Positions 1 through 13,213 of a stretch of 60,897 bases of DNA are shown here, piece by piece (position 1 is the stretch's first letter; each line of letters begins with the position of its first letter). A model generated the notes under the pieces. The model made no database searches, was not told the origin of the DNA, and worked only from the letters and a program-made list of their open reading frames with translations. This DNA is from Octopus bimaculoides (taxonomy: Eukaryota), in assembly GCF_001194135.2 (NCBI RefSeq), contig NC_068982.1, positions 154,396,221 to 154,457,117 on the forward strand, given 5' to 3'. The translations under genes and the position numbers were made by a program.

Positions 1-46
<46 letters not shown>

Positions 47-251
47 AGAATAAGGAGAAAATGGAGAGGTAATTAATAAAATATTATTTATTCATTATAA
101 AATATGAAATCTTTGACAGCTGTTTCGATTTAGTCATCTTTAGATAATTCATAAAATTGAAATCATTTGAATTGGAAAGGGAGACATCTGTTCTTTTTAC
201 GAATATAACAGGTTCAATATATGTAAATATATATATATAGATACTTTTTAC

Positions 252-650
252 CCTTTTACTCTTTTACTTGTTTCAGTCATTTGACTGCAGCCATGCTGGA
301 GCACCTCCTTTATAGTCAAACAGATCGACCCCAGAGCTTATTCTTTGTAAGCCTAGTACTTATTTATCGGTCACTTTTGCCGAACCGCTGGGTTACGGGG
401 ACGCAAACATACCAGCATCAGTTGTCAAGCGATGCTGAGGGGACAAACAGAAACACAAACATATACACACATATATATATATATACATATATGACGGGCT
501 TCTTCCAGTTTCCGTCTACCAAATCCACTCACAAGGCTTTGGTCGGCCCGAGGCTATAGTAGAAGACACTTGCCCAAGGTGCCACGCAGTGGGACTGAAC
601 CCAGGACCATGTGGTTGGTAAGCAAGCTACTTACCACACAACCACTCCTG
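252..650 (-). mobile_element. tRNA-derived SINE, family 2 (near full length)
   Basis: Minus strand begins caggagtggttgtgtggtaagtagcttgcttaccaaccacatggtcctgggttcagtccc (A/B-box-like), then ggcaccttgggcaagtgtcttctactatagcctcgggccgaccaaagccttgtgagtgg. Homologous copies at 17476-18110 and about 1700-1845, 10925-11070, 41950-42090 and 50128-50200. Confidence 0.8.
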
Positions 651-1854
651 AATATATATATATGGATATATGGGTGGGGTGTAATGCGGACACAGTTGGT
701 GAGTATGTATATTGTACCTGTTATTTTTGTAGAAAGAACAGATGTCTCCCTTTCCAATTCAAAGTGGCTAAAGATTAGCATCGTGCTTGAAACTCAGAGT
801 ACCAACGAATTTGAATCAAACTGTTTTCATCCGTTCATATATATGTATATATATAATACCGACTTAATTGATGAGTATGTATATTTTACCTGTTATATTC
901 GTAGAAAAAAAAAAACAGAAGTCTCCTTTTCCAACTTTCTTCTGATGAGATTCGTTTACAAAAAGAGAAACAAAATAGGTGATCTCTAAAAGAGCCCTTC
1001 ATAGCCCGCACTTTCTTGATATATCCCCCTAAACACTGAATAAGAGTGATTATTTAAACGATGAAGAAATAAACGTTAGATTCGCAGTGTTTGTCTTCTC
1101 GAAGATTTGACTGAATTGACGTGCGATGTATATTACTGACCTCACCTCATTCTGCTTTACTCCCTCTCTTCTCCCTCTCTCTCCCTCTCTCCCCTCCTCC
1201 TCCTTCCCCTCTCTCTCTCTCTCTCATTCACTCTTTCCATCTTTATTTCTCTTTATTTCGTCCTGACTTTTCCTTTGCCGTCTTTGTTTCTCTCTTCTTT
1301 TCTCTGTCTATCTATCTTTTGCTTGTATGTCTGCATAGCTGCATGTTTTGCATTCATCTACGTATGAATTCGAGTAAGTTATGCATGTATGTTTCTATAT
1401 TCATATGAATGCGCGCGTGTTCATATATATATATATATATATANNNNNNNNNNNNNNNNNNNNNNNNNNNNNNNNNNNNNNNNNNNNNNNNNNNNNNNNN
1501 NTATATAATACACGCTCACGTGGTCGCACCAGCTAATCCTGTCTCTACTCATCATACACGAGCTTCTGGACTCTACCTTTTTCATTCTGGACTTATTTAT
1601 TCTGGATATTTTTATTCTGAACTCTCCGGCTGCACCTCTACTACTTGTTACAGAACTTTTTTTTTTTTTTTGCTCACTCCATTAGTGTTACCTAGACGCA
1701 ACCATAGCTGAGTGGTCATGAACTTTGCTTCGCAACCAAGCTGTTTTGTGTTAGATCTCATCACGTAGCATCTTAAGCAAACGGATTTACTATAGCCTCG
1801 AGTTAACCCAAGTCTTGTGAGCAAATTTGAGTAAACGGAGCTACGTAAAAGCCA

Positions 1855-2330
1855 CTAAGCAAAGACAATTACACACCTGACTTACACAGTTACACACCTG
1901 AGCTATTACACAGTTAGAATTACACACCTGACCTACTACACACAAAGTAAGCAGCTGACCAACTACAAACAGACAATTACTCATCTGTCCTACGACACAA
2001 AGTGTCACACACAGAGTTCTCATCTACAATACACAGAGAGTTACACATCTTACAACACACAGAGAATTATAAGCCAGTCCTTTCTGCAACAGTCAGTGTG
2101 TTACCTACAGATAGTTAAAAGCGAGTCGGGCTATACATACAGAACTACAAACCTAACCTGCTTCACAAAGAATTACACAAAAGACCAGTTACACAGAGAA
2201 TTACACACCAGTACTTTCAGTTTAACACAGTTACATACCACACCTGCTACGCATATGGTACTACAGGACTGCTGCACACAGAGGCCAGTTATATATATAG
2301 GGTTGCACATCACACCTACACAGCGAGTTA
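1855..2330. repeat. Degenerate CA-rich minisatellite
   Basis: Recurrent imperfect units such as ttacacacctga, ttacacag, ctacaacacacagag. Confidence 0.5.
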
Positions 2331-2416
2331 TCCCGCATGTTCTTGATCCCCTCTCTTGAAAGTTAGTGTGTTTTTGTTGTAAGGTGTAAGGTAAGTGGGT
2401 AGGTAGAGAGTTAGGT

Positions 2417-2452
<36 letters not shown>

Positions 2453-3654
2453 GGGGGTTACTAAAGGTGAGAGTGAAACAGAAAATTGTAATGTGAGAAT
2501 AACAGACCTGCAGACGTACGGAGAGACTGCTTACTGAATTCTGTTGATTAAACTCCCCAGCGCACTTAAGATTTGAAGTGTGTTGTATAAATGGACAGTT
2601 TTGTAATACTTATTGCTTCAGTTTTTTTTCTTTTTTGGGTATTGTCGTTGGGGGCGGAGGTGTTAATATCTTTTTGTTATTGATGTTATTCAAGTTGTTT
2701 TTGTCTTTGATGCCGCTGCTGTTGTTGCTTAGTTCCAGGTCAGCCTCGATCTAGTGGGCATATAATCAAAGACTTAACAGCCGTGACCATCCCGACTTAC
2801 TATATATCCAGAAGTAAATTACCCTACGAGTCTTATCTCATTTCTGTATTGTTAAAAACGGATGGACGTGATTGAGCAGATACGAAAATGTCTCTTCGAA
2901 TGTTATATTTGTTTTAGTTGCTGTTAGGATTATTGTTGTTCTTGTTACTACTGTTGTACTATTGTTAAGCTGTCACTGTTACTGCCGATGGAGGCATGAG
3001 ATGTAATATTGACATCAGCGGCATTTGAACTAAGAACATGAGCTTGAACAATTACGCAAGACATTTTATCTGATGTTCTAGCGATTCGGCCAAGCCACTG
3101 GCCTTGTTGCATATTTAAAAATAATTTTTAACAACGGAACAAAGCTTCAAATTTGGTGGAAGGGTATTAATCGATTAAATTGATCCTAGTTCTTTATTTT
3201 ATCGATCCTTGAAGGAAAAACGAGATAAACCCGGCGGGATTTGAACCCAGAATGTTATGAGGTGTAACTAAAAACCACGATGCATTTTTCTATCGCTCTA
3301 TTTTCGTCTTCCACCGTCAAGATATTGTATATCTTATAATAATATCTTTTAACCCCAAGTTCTACAAAGATATTCCAGTGACCACAATCCTGTCTTCTTA
3401 GGAGCATATAACACTATTTCATTTCATGTAATATTTTCATACATAAGATGGTCGGATGTGGGAAAAGAAAGAAGTGATTGCAACTCCTAGACAAAAAGGG
3501 AAAAAACGGAGATGCCCCCTCGATTGTAGCTGGTAGTGTTTGGCTCCCAATCCAGACATATTTGAAGAAACCTATGTTCAAAAACGCCGTTCCAGCCATA
3601 GTCTTTTTTATCATACTTCATCTGTTTAGTGAGAGCTCCCCTGAAGCTAACGAA

Positions 3655-3935
3655 CTAGCCTAGTGGTTAAAGTATTGCACTCACGATCGCTAGAGCATGG
3701 GTTCGATTCCAGGACTGGGCAGCGCGTTGTGTTTTTGAGCAAAGCATCTCATTTCTCGCTGCTCTGTGATCATTTCGACATCTGACGTGTGTCACACTTG
3801 TGTACCTGTACAAGCGATGCCGATTTCATGGAGGGATTGAGCTAATGTACAGCACATACATCTGATAGCAATAAATGAATCATTTCTACAGATCATTCAG
3901 CAAAAGCTAAACAATCATACGTCGATTTCGACGGG
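3655..3935 (+). mobile_element. Degenerate tRNA-derived SINE related to family 3
   Basis: Head ctagtggttaaagtattgcactcacgatcgctagagcatgggttcgattccagg has A/B-box-like motifs. The tail cgtcgatttcgacgggag resembles the tail of the 54964-55350 copy. Confidence 0.55.
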
Positions 3936-3945
3936 AGATTCCATT

Positions 3946-3976
<31 letters not shown>

Positions 3977-4090
3977 NNNNNNNNNNNNNNNNNNNNNNNN
4001 NNNNNNNNNNNNNNNNNNNNNNNNNNNNNNNNNNNNNNNNNNNNNNNNNNNNNNNNNNNNNNNNNNNNNNNNNNNNNNNNNNNNNNTATA

Positions 4091-4281
4091 TAAAATTATA
4101 ATTAAGGGTATCTTAGAGATACCGCCATGCTGGAAATAGCAGCCGAAACTTAGCTCAAACATCACATTAAATGTTCATACAGCACTATGCTGTATGAACA
4201 TTTAATGTGGTTTTAGAGTCAAGTTTCGGCTGCTATTTCCAGCATGGTGGTATCTCTTGTATACCCTTGATTATAATTTTA
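4091..4281. repeat. Long near-perfect palindrome (foldback/MITE-like), arms about 94 bp, 3-nt loop
   Basis: Left arm taaaattataattaagggtat...ccatgctggaaatagcagccgaaactt...cacattaaatgttcatacagca, loop cta (4185-4187), right arm is the reverse complement with few mismatches. Confidence 0.9.
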
Positions 4282-4327
4282 ATAATAATTATTACCTTTG
4301 AGGTTTTTATTCCCATGCTGGCTACTT

Positions 4328-4360
4328 GATAAGATCGGTATTTTAAATACCGATCTTATC
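4328..4360. repeat. Perfect 16-bp inverted repeat with 1-nt spacer
   Basis: gataagatcggtattt t aaataccgatcttatc. Confidence 0.9.
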
Positions 4361-4512
4361 CTTATTTTATATACGGATTTAAAGCAGCTCTAGTAATGTA
4401 AGCATTATCGATCACACATACACAATGTATGCTTTGTTTATTCGCCGTATTTGCTGCGTTCTAGCGTTTAGGAAAAACTCCCCAATAATGCTGGGTGTTA
4501 AAACACTTGAGT

Positions 4513-4648
4513 GTCATAGACCAGGCGAGAGAACTTGCCTCAGATCGAATCCACGTGTGGTAGATATCGATATTTCGCCATTATTGTGGTTTATCAATAC
4601 CACGTACTTGGATCGAACGGCAGATGAACTGAATGCCTGGTCTATGAC
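4513..4648. repeat. 136-bp segment bounded by perfect 14-bp inverted repeats
   Basis: gtcatagaccaggc (4513-4526) and gcctggtctatgac (4635-4648). A third gtcatagaccagg lies at 4740-4752. Confidence 0.65.
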
Positions 4649-4878
4649 TACATACAAATAGCGTGAAAACTGTTTGATGATACGCCACGATACTGCATAT
4701 GCGAACGTAAATTAAATTACGAATTAAAATCAGTATATAGTCATAGACCAGGGATTAAATTCGTCTTCGGAACTTCGAAGTCACTGTCACCCTTCTTGTA
4801 AAGGCAAAATTCATATATATCTACACGTATGTAAGTATTATGTATGTATATATACAGACATATATACATATAAATATG

Positions 4879-4913
<35 letters not shown>

Positions 4914-5834
4914 AAGGAAGGAACAATGTTAAACACGTCACACAACAGAATTTCAAGAAAGAAACAGTCGGAAAAAATACTGAAGATGATGAAAATGCAC
5001 ACACAAACATACGTATACACACATATACACACATAAGCATACATACACACACATTTCTTCCTTCGTTATGCTCCCATCTCCTTCCACTACCATTTCTAAC
5101 ACCAACAACAACAACCTCTTACTGTCATTGCACTATTCTAAGGCTCAAACTTGCCGTTCAGTTGGTTTTTAAAAGTGTCGTTCACGCAAACAATGTCAAA
5201 TAGTGCAGGGGGTCTCTCATGCATTGGTACAAAGGAGAGAAAGGAGATGCAGTTAATTGTTGAGAGTGCATCACATATTATGTCATTGAAAATGACCACA
5301 ATAGGGTATAGGGGTGGCGAATCAATGTAAGAACCACTTCAAACTTAATAGAATGAATTAAACAAAAATTCGAATTTTCAGTTTCAGTTATCCAACCGTC
5401 TTTCGGTGACGAATAACAGAAGATACCTCTCTTCGCGGAAAGAGGTTTCTAAAGGTAAAATTTGTCGTTGTTATTGATGATGATGACGATGAGGAGGAGG
5501 AGGAGGAGGAGGAGGAGNNNNNNNNNNNNNNNNNNNNNNNNNNNNNNNNNNNNNNNNNNNNNNNNNNNNNNNNNNNNNNNNNNNNNNNNNNNNNNNNNNN
5601 NNNNNNNNNNNNNNNNNNNNNNNNNNNNNNNNNNNNNNNNNNNNNNNNNNNNNNNNNNNNNNNNNNNNNNAGAAGAAGAAGAAGAAGAAGAAGAAGAAGA
5701 AACAATGTTGACAATTTCTTTGCCACAAGGGCAAACATATATAAAAACATGTGTACTGGCGGTGAGGACAAAGATATTGGAGTGTGTGTACATGATTATA
5801 TATGTGCGTGTATGTGTGTGTGTTGTGTATGTAT

Positions 5835-5870
<36 letters not shown>

Positions 5871-6600
5871 GCATATATATATATAATGATCACAATACAG
5901 TTATCCATACATACATGTACACTCCACAGACATATATTTACAGATATATGTAAGTATATGCATGTACGTATGTATATACGTGTTTATGTATTCATTTATG
6001 CGCATATGCACCCCTATATCAGTTCTTGCTTACGCACACTTAGGTGTACTTATACACACATGCACAGTTGCACACCAATATCCAGATATACATCCGAGCA
6101 TCAGCACATACGTACATGCATGTATGCATATATGCGTGTGTATGTATGTATGTATGTATGTATGCATGTGTGTATGTGTTTTTTTTTTGTGTGTGTGTGT
6201 ATACTACATAAAATTTTAATAATTTTAACACAAAATTTGCATGTAATTATTTATAAAACTGTGGTACAGCCACCAGGCGGAATTGAAGGGCTTGCCCTTT
6301 CATCCGGTACGAATTCGCCACTCACAACTACCTTTTATAGAATGGAGGGCAGTACTTCTCTTTCCACTTTCACATTGTGATGATACTTGTACAAGATTAT
6401 GAGGGCTTCGTTAGGGAGGAAAGCCCTGTGTTTAACTCTTTCAGTTTCGTCCACAATACTGCTATCTCTGTCAGCACAGCCAACATACGGATACAAAACA
6501 GTCTACCCTCACTTTTCACGTGGAAATACGACAAGATGATTTTCACAATAGACTCTAAAAACAGTAAGATCTGTCCTACAAAGATCAGCAAACTGTAGAC

Positions 6601-6791
6601 TGGTGTTTCTCAAGGTAGGGCACACGCCACGCTAGTGGGGCGTGGCATTATTTTGGATAGACGTGGGTTACTTCAGAATGGGCGTAAGTAACAAGCGAAT
6701 AATACATGCAATAGAATTTTAATTAAAACTTCTTTTGTATGTATATGCGTGCTTGTGTGTGCGTGCGCGCACGCGCGCGTATGCACATATT

Positions 6792-6830
<39 letters not shown>

Positions 6831-6917
6831 GCACTTACTTTGTCTATTCACGGCGGGCGTACGCATTTTGATGGAAAATCGAAGTGGGGCGTGAAACAAA
6901 AAACGTTGAGAACACTG
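6601..6917. mobile_element. hAT (Charlie/Buster-like) MITE with 8-bp TSD
   Basis: Direct repeat ctgtagac at 6593-6600 and 6918-6925. Imperfect TIRs tggtgtttctcaa and ttgagaacactg. An 8-bp TSD with central TA is typical of the Charlie/Buster group. Confidence 0.75.
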
Positions 6918-7659
6918 CTGTAGACTTTTAATACACAAATACAGAATGATTTTGTCATGAAGAGTAAAACAATGAAACGTTTTGCTCAAGAACACCGCCC
7001 GGTCCAGAAACTGAAACCACTATCTTACTAGTGTGAATGCAACACTCCTAACTACTTGGCTACACGCCTTGACACAGAGTCAATCCATAGCCAAAAATTT
7101 TTTAAAGTAATAATGAAAAGCATAAAGGATAGTGTTAAGTGTAGACCATGATCATGCTATCAGTACAATGAGACAACAATTGACTGCACCATTTGTGACT
7201 GCTCACTCCTTACATAATCAGAAAATACCTACAAGCACGAATTAGTTGGTAGCTATGATTGCTGAGCAAGATGCCGCGATCTTGATGTTAAACGGAGAAA
7301 AAATTATAGGTTTGTATCACATGTTGTACATAATAACGATTTGGCCACAGTCATTTGACACGTATATATCCAAACTGACGGAGATCCTTGTAGAATTGTC
7401 TGGAATATTATTGTATTTTGTATAAACATTTCGGTTACTTCAAACTAAACATTACCCGGAAAAAGGCCGTGAGTGTATGACTGGGCAAGGAACTTGAAAC
7501 ACAAATAAGCAGTATTTTTTATGGTATGAAAACCATAAAAAATATTGATAATAATTGATTAAACAGGGCATGAACAAAAGCTAAAAGATCTTACAAGAGT
7601 TTATACACCTCCACACAATTTAAAAACGAGTTTTGATAGGCACACCCTATATATTACAC

Positions 7660-8300
7660 ATTAATAAAATAAATGATTAAACCTATACATCTTCTGCATA
7701 GCATATATACAGTATATAGACACATCGTATACACAATCGTCATCCTATAAAATAACACAGCACATATTCTTACACAATTCACATCCGACTCTATCACATC
7801 CCACAGACAAACTACGCAACGGCATCCTACACACTTTCCAACCAGTAATACACAACTCGTATAACACAACTCGTGCAGTGCATATGCAACACGATCACCA
7901 ACCGACACTCGCAAAACATATACGAAACACAATCACCATACAACATAACACGTACCCCTCTATAATCGATGTCCGACACTATAATATCACCCTTTTAACA
8001 CCAATAACATTTCACATTCCACTAATAGAGCACAACCAACACAGCATCATATACGCTCGACATTAATGCATACTCTAAACATAAAAGCACATAACACAGC
8101 ACACGCTGCTCATACGTAACACAAACGCCACCCAGCGAAAGAACATAACTCACATTGTGTATATTCTATAAGGCAAAAACACTAAAATAACGCCAGAAAC
8201 AACAATCTCCTACAACAAGGCAAAACTGATGTAGCATACAAACACAATTCTACGCACCCAAAAGACAATGTTTCACACACTTCAGAAACACAGAAGTGCA
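7660..8300. repeat. Decayed A/C-rich low-complexity tract
   Basis: Strong A+C skew with many acac/acaac fragments. A similar tract lies at about 26050-26560. Confidence 0.45.
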
Positions 8301-8394
8301 GAAGATATTAACATGAAATTTGGGGGAAAATTAAATAGTAATAATAATAATTAATAACAACTAGTTAATCACAACTAATTAATAACAAATAATA

Positions 8395-8520
8395 ACTAGT
8401 TCGGGGGGAGGCGTAAATCGATTACATCGACCCCAGTGCTCAACTGGTACTTATTTTATCGACCTCGAAAAGATGAAAGGCAAAATCGATCTCGGTGGAT
8501 TCTGCCAGCTCGTCGCCTTA
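8395..8520 (-). mobile_element. SINE family 1, internally deleted copy
   Basis: aatcgattacatcgaccccagtgctcaactggtacttattttatcgacctcgaaaagatgaaaggc joins directly to attctgccagctcgtcgcctta (head). Confidence 0.75.
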
Positions 8521-9469
8521 ATAACATCATTTCAATGAGCAGGTATTTCAGTGTCAACTGAATCCTCATCGTCGAACAGTCTACCCACACTTTCATTTCA
8601 GGTAACTTGTTAATAGATAATACTGTATTTAGATGCTTTCAGTTTTACTCTTTTATCGGTTTCATTGATGTTGATGATGATGTTATTGTTACGGTTTTTT
8701 TTTCCTGAATTATTTATTTTTTTTGCTTTTGTTTTTGTTTAGCCAGACCATTCCTTCCTGACTGACCATTCAATTTTAGATGCATTTGAGACTATATTTC
8801 ATTATTCATATTGAATCTGATAGTTTGATGTGATAAATTTCGCACTTCCGTTTATGACAAAACTTGTCCCGTGAAAAGTGTCTGTTAATGTGAATGTCTC
8901 TCATTGCATATCCATGAAAGATGACCTTTCATCGAAAGATCTGCGTTTACATTTACAAACAGGCAGTAGTGTTTAAACATCAGTATGGTTCAATGAGGAA
9001 CTCAACGAGTCGACAGATATTGACATAGACAAATAGAAAAACAAATTTGGAAAAGTCTTGTTAAAATGCCAAATATCTTTTATAAATATAATTGTCTACG
9101 TAATCTCCCTTCTGACGATCAAATTTAACATAGTCGTTCAATATTATTTTAGCATTACTCTTCCCATTTTGGAATGTTGAAAAAGGAATAGTTCTTAGTT
9201 AAATCTATTTCCGGTTGTTGTCCGTGCAACAGGTGGTTGAAAGCTAGTTCTTTGTTAACTAAATGCCTTTTAGCTCGCTGTCAGCGCCAATTTCATCGCA
9301 AACTGTTTATCGAATTGAAATTCAGTGTGATATACGTATATGATGAATCTTAGCTATGATAAATTTTCCTACATTACTGCTTGTAACAACCACCTCGCTA
9401 TACGTAAAATCCCTGATTAAAACAATAACTCTAGTGCTTAATATTTTCTCTAACACCAAACTACAGGTA

Positions 9470-9915
9470 CAGTAATCCCTCGACTATCGCAGGTGCTATG
9501 TTTCAAAGCCCTCCACCCCCGCGATAGGTGAAAATCCGAAAAATTATTTTTATAATTTGTATATATTTATTTATTATTTTTATATTTTTAAACGTTTATA
9601 AACTCTCCTTACACTCTTACAAGTTTTGCTTTCCATACAGTATGTGCGATTCTTTGTTTACTCATCTACGGTACACCACGAATTTTCTTTTAATATATTT
9701 TAATTAACATGTTATACAGTGCCGTACTGTCCAGTATTTTTATTTATTAATTTCTAGGTCCGAAAATGCTTATTTTACCACAGAAACAGTTAAAATCTAA
9801 AAGAAACCCGCGATACACTGAGGAGTCCGCGATATAAATTTACATATATTAGCCAGAAAATCCACGATGTACTGAGGGTGTGATAGGTAAACCGCGATAT
9901 GGGGAATGATTACTG
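9470..9915. mobile_element. pogo/Tigger-like (Tc1/mariner) MITE with TA TSD
   Basis: TA|cagtaatccctcgactatcgc ... ccgcgatatggggaatgattactg|TA. Imperfect TIRs of about 25 bp and no ORF. Confidence 0.8.
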
Positions 9916-9933
9916 TATTAGCATGAATAAAAT

Positions 9934-10153
9934 AAGGCGGTGAGCTGGCAGAATCGTTACCACGCTGGTAAAAATGCTTAGCATCATTTCGTCTGTCTTT
10001 ATGTTGTAAGGTCAAATTCCACCGAGGTTGACTTTCCCTTTCATTCTTACCAGGTCGATGAAATAAATACCAGTCGAGCATTGATAGCGATGAAATCGAC
10101 GAGCCCCCTTCCACCAAATTTCAGGCTTTATGCTTATAGTAGAAAGAATTATT
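9934..10153 (+). mobile_element. SINE family 1
   Basis: aaggcggtgagctggcagaatcgtta...gtcaaattccaccgaggttgactttccc...aaatttcaggctttatgcttatagtagaaagaattatt. More than a dozen homologous copies or fragments occur in the window. Confidence 0.8.
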
Positions 10154-11844
10154 TATAAACAAAATTCAATTAATTTAATTGAAGTCAATATTCAATTCAA
10201 TAAATATTGTTTAGGTCCAGGTCGTTTCTGAAGTGCATTCGAACCATGGATATTCCATCTTTCTTCAAATTTAGTTTAACTAGGACAGCATTTATGTTTT
10301 CGTTAAGATTGTTAGGTGGAGGTAGTCCGAGGGGAATCTACTGTCTGTTTCTAGTTTGTCGAATGACTACGTTGATGGAACTTTCGTTGGACTGATTCTT
10401 AAACAGTATCAAAAGATACTAGGCTCCGCCAAGTCCATTAGCTCTTTAGGATACAAAAGTTCAGTTTGACTCAAATAATGTTTGCACAACTACAACCACG
10501 CCTGCTTGCCTTTCAACTTCATTAAAGATTAAATCATAATTGACACATTGTTGTTGTTATCGTGAATTCTATTATCCTTCTATACATTTCAAAATCCATT
10601 GTTAGTATTTTTTTGTTTTCCCTTGCTGCGAGTTTTCATGATTTTTTTTTCATACTGGAATATTCCATATCAATAATTTATATCTACTTTTAGAGTATTC
10701 TCCAGAATTAGAACAAATAAACTTACACTTGAGGATTCGTACACATTGTATTCAAAATCAAATACAGATTCTTTGCTCTAATCGCTATTCTTCGTCCTTT
10801 ATTCTCCAGTGTAGAGTCTTGATACCACACTAAGTTTATCGATTAACTGCCTACTTTACCCAAACTACTGTTAGATTAATCGACGAATTGTTATGGCTTT
10901 TTAACTTAATCACTTCCAACAGGCATCTCTGTGGAATAAAGAAGTTGCTTTGCCACATTCTGGTTTGAGGTTCAATCCCACTAGGTGACACCTTTGGCAT
11001 AATTTCGAAATGGCCGATGCTTTATAAATGGACTCTGTCAGATAAAAAACTATACAGAAGCTCGTTACTCATGTTTGTATATACATATGCACACATACAA
11101 GTGTGTGTGTGTGTGTGTGTGTGTAAACATGTGTATATCTTTCAACCGTGTATTTCGGCGAAAGCGATTAGCCAGTGTTGTCCGACAATGTTATTGGGGA
11201 TATTCGTTCAGGCTTAGTTGCCATACAAACCCTTGTTGCTTTCTGTAACAACACGATTTTTCATGAAAGTAAACAAATATTTTACATCAGGTATTTAAAG
11301 TTTTACTCAGTCTCTCTTTTCCCATACATCCTTCACAGGTCTGCTATAACATTCACCCTCTCAATTTTTCTACAGTTTGTATCAGCATCTTTTTATAATG
11401 TTGCTAATCTACAAAAAACAAAAACAAAAAATGGGCAACCTTCTAGATTAACTTAAGACGATAGTAAAAATATTAATAATTCCAATTTTAATATATTTTA
11501 ATAAAAATGTTGCTTACATTGTCCATTTTGGTTACCATATTTTCTTAAAGTCTATATCTTACTCGTCATAGCCTCTATTCATTGCAATCACTTCTTTTCT
11601 GCTTCCTGTCACTCGCTTTAAATCTAGATTCGTTTCTTTATCGCACCGACGTTACTGTCAAACTTACGCCGTCTTTTGCTCTCATGAAAATATTGTTATC
11701 GCAATTATAATTAAGAAAATATTGTTCACGTATAGCAAGGAGAGAAAATCGAAGTAATTTATATTTCACGATTTATTTACGAAGTGAATAATTCAACAAT
11801 GCAACTAGGTAAATAAAATTGATTACACACTAAGAGTTTGTAAA

Positions 11845-11879
<35 letters not shown>

Positions 11880-12531
11880 TACTTTTTTTTCCATTGTCCT
11901 TTACAGGCTCAAAGGCAAAGTTAGTATTGGCGGAATTTGAACTCAGTAAGTCAAAAGCCGGATGAGAAACCGCAAAATATTTTCCGATTGTAACGATTCA
12001 GCCAATCCATCGCGCTAAAACAAGATTTTCTGAATCCATGCAGCGACTTAAACAACATGGCCTGTTTTTATGTTACTTTATAACATCTATTGTTTGACAC
12101 TTCAAATGCAGTTTTAATGGGAAGGAAACGACAAAATTGAAAGCTAGGATGAGATGTAAAGACTCTTTACGTTTGAACAACATTATTGCACGCAAGTAGC
12201 TATAGTTGTTGCATCTTTTTCAGTCACAGTTTAAGACTAACCATAAAATTTTCCTCCCTATTGATAATTTATAGGATTAAGCTGTTAAGACATCAATCTG
12301 AAGAGTTTTATCTTTACACTGTTTAAATGCTCTTGAGCTCTTTTGTAGTTTTTATTTTATTTTATTCTATTTTATTCTATTATATGTTCTGTCGATATAC
12401 CATTTATTATCCCCCACTTCATTCAGATATTTCAATCTTCCAAATTTGAAGGCTTCCCCAACTTTGAACAATACTCTGCTTCTCTTTAATAGAACAATAT
12501 TCTTTCCTGTTCTTTCTCCTCNNNNNNNNNN

Positions 12532-12567
<36 letters not shown>

Positions 12568-12899
12568 ATTTTAGTGCATGTCTTATACGTTTGCAATTGT
12601 CTATTGTATCGGTACAAGTATGATAAAGATTAAAGAATATGCTTTGCAAAATACGTGAGTTTGCGTTCGATGCCATGCCACAGCAGAGCTCAATGGGCAG
12701 TGAATTCTATTATAATCTCGGATTAGTCAAATTCATGTGACTGAAATTTGCTAGATGAAAACTATATTGAAGCTCATAGGATAAACTATTCATGTTCTTC
12801 AGTAGTAGATTTACGGCATCACTTGTCTCTTGGGTGCCTTTAGCGAAGTCTAATCTGAGACAAGCACTCGTGTCTTTGACTCAAGCTAGACGCCAACAG

Positions 12900-13213
12900 C
12901 CTTCCTTACACCCAAAGTACTCATCCATGGTACACTACGTATTTTCTTTTAATATATTTTAGTTAATGTGTTATACAGTGCAGTAGTGTACCGTACTTTT
13001 GTTTATTAATTTTTAAGCGTGAAAATGCTTATTTTACCAAAGAAATAATTAAAATCTAAAAGAGAATAAATACCTATCGGCCGCAGAAATCCACGATATA
13101 CTGAATAGACCACAATATAAATTTACACATATTAGCCAGAAAAATCCGCGGTATACTGAAGGTGCGATAGGTGAAACGCGATAGGTGAACCGCGATATGG
13201 CGAGTGATTACTG
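12900..13213. mobile_element. Truncated second copy of the pogo/Tigger-like MITE
   Basis: Colinear with 9600-9915 (ttccttacac...gaaaatgcttattttacca...attagccagaaaa...ccgcgatatggcgagtgattactg|TA). The left TIR is missing. Confidence 0.75.

Noticed and set aside
6230-6592. Unique coding-looking segment beside the hAT MITE, possibly a transposase relic
   Set aside because: No motif could be aligned convincingly in any frame.
10212-10400. Exon-like or ORF-like unique segment on either strand
   Set aside because: Early stops or no donor in the plausible frames; no recognisable motif.
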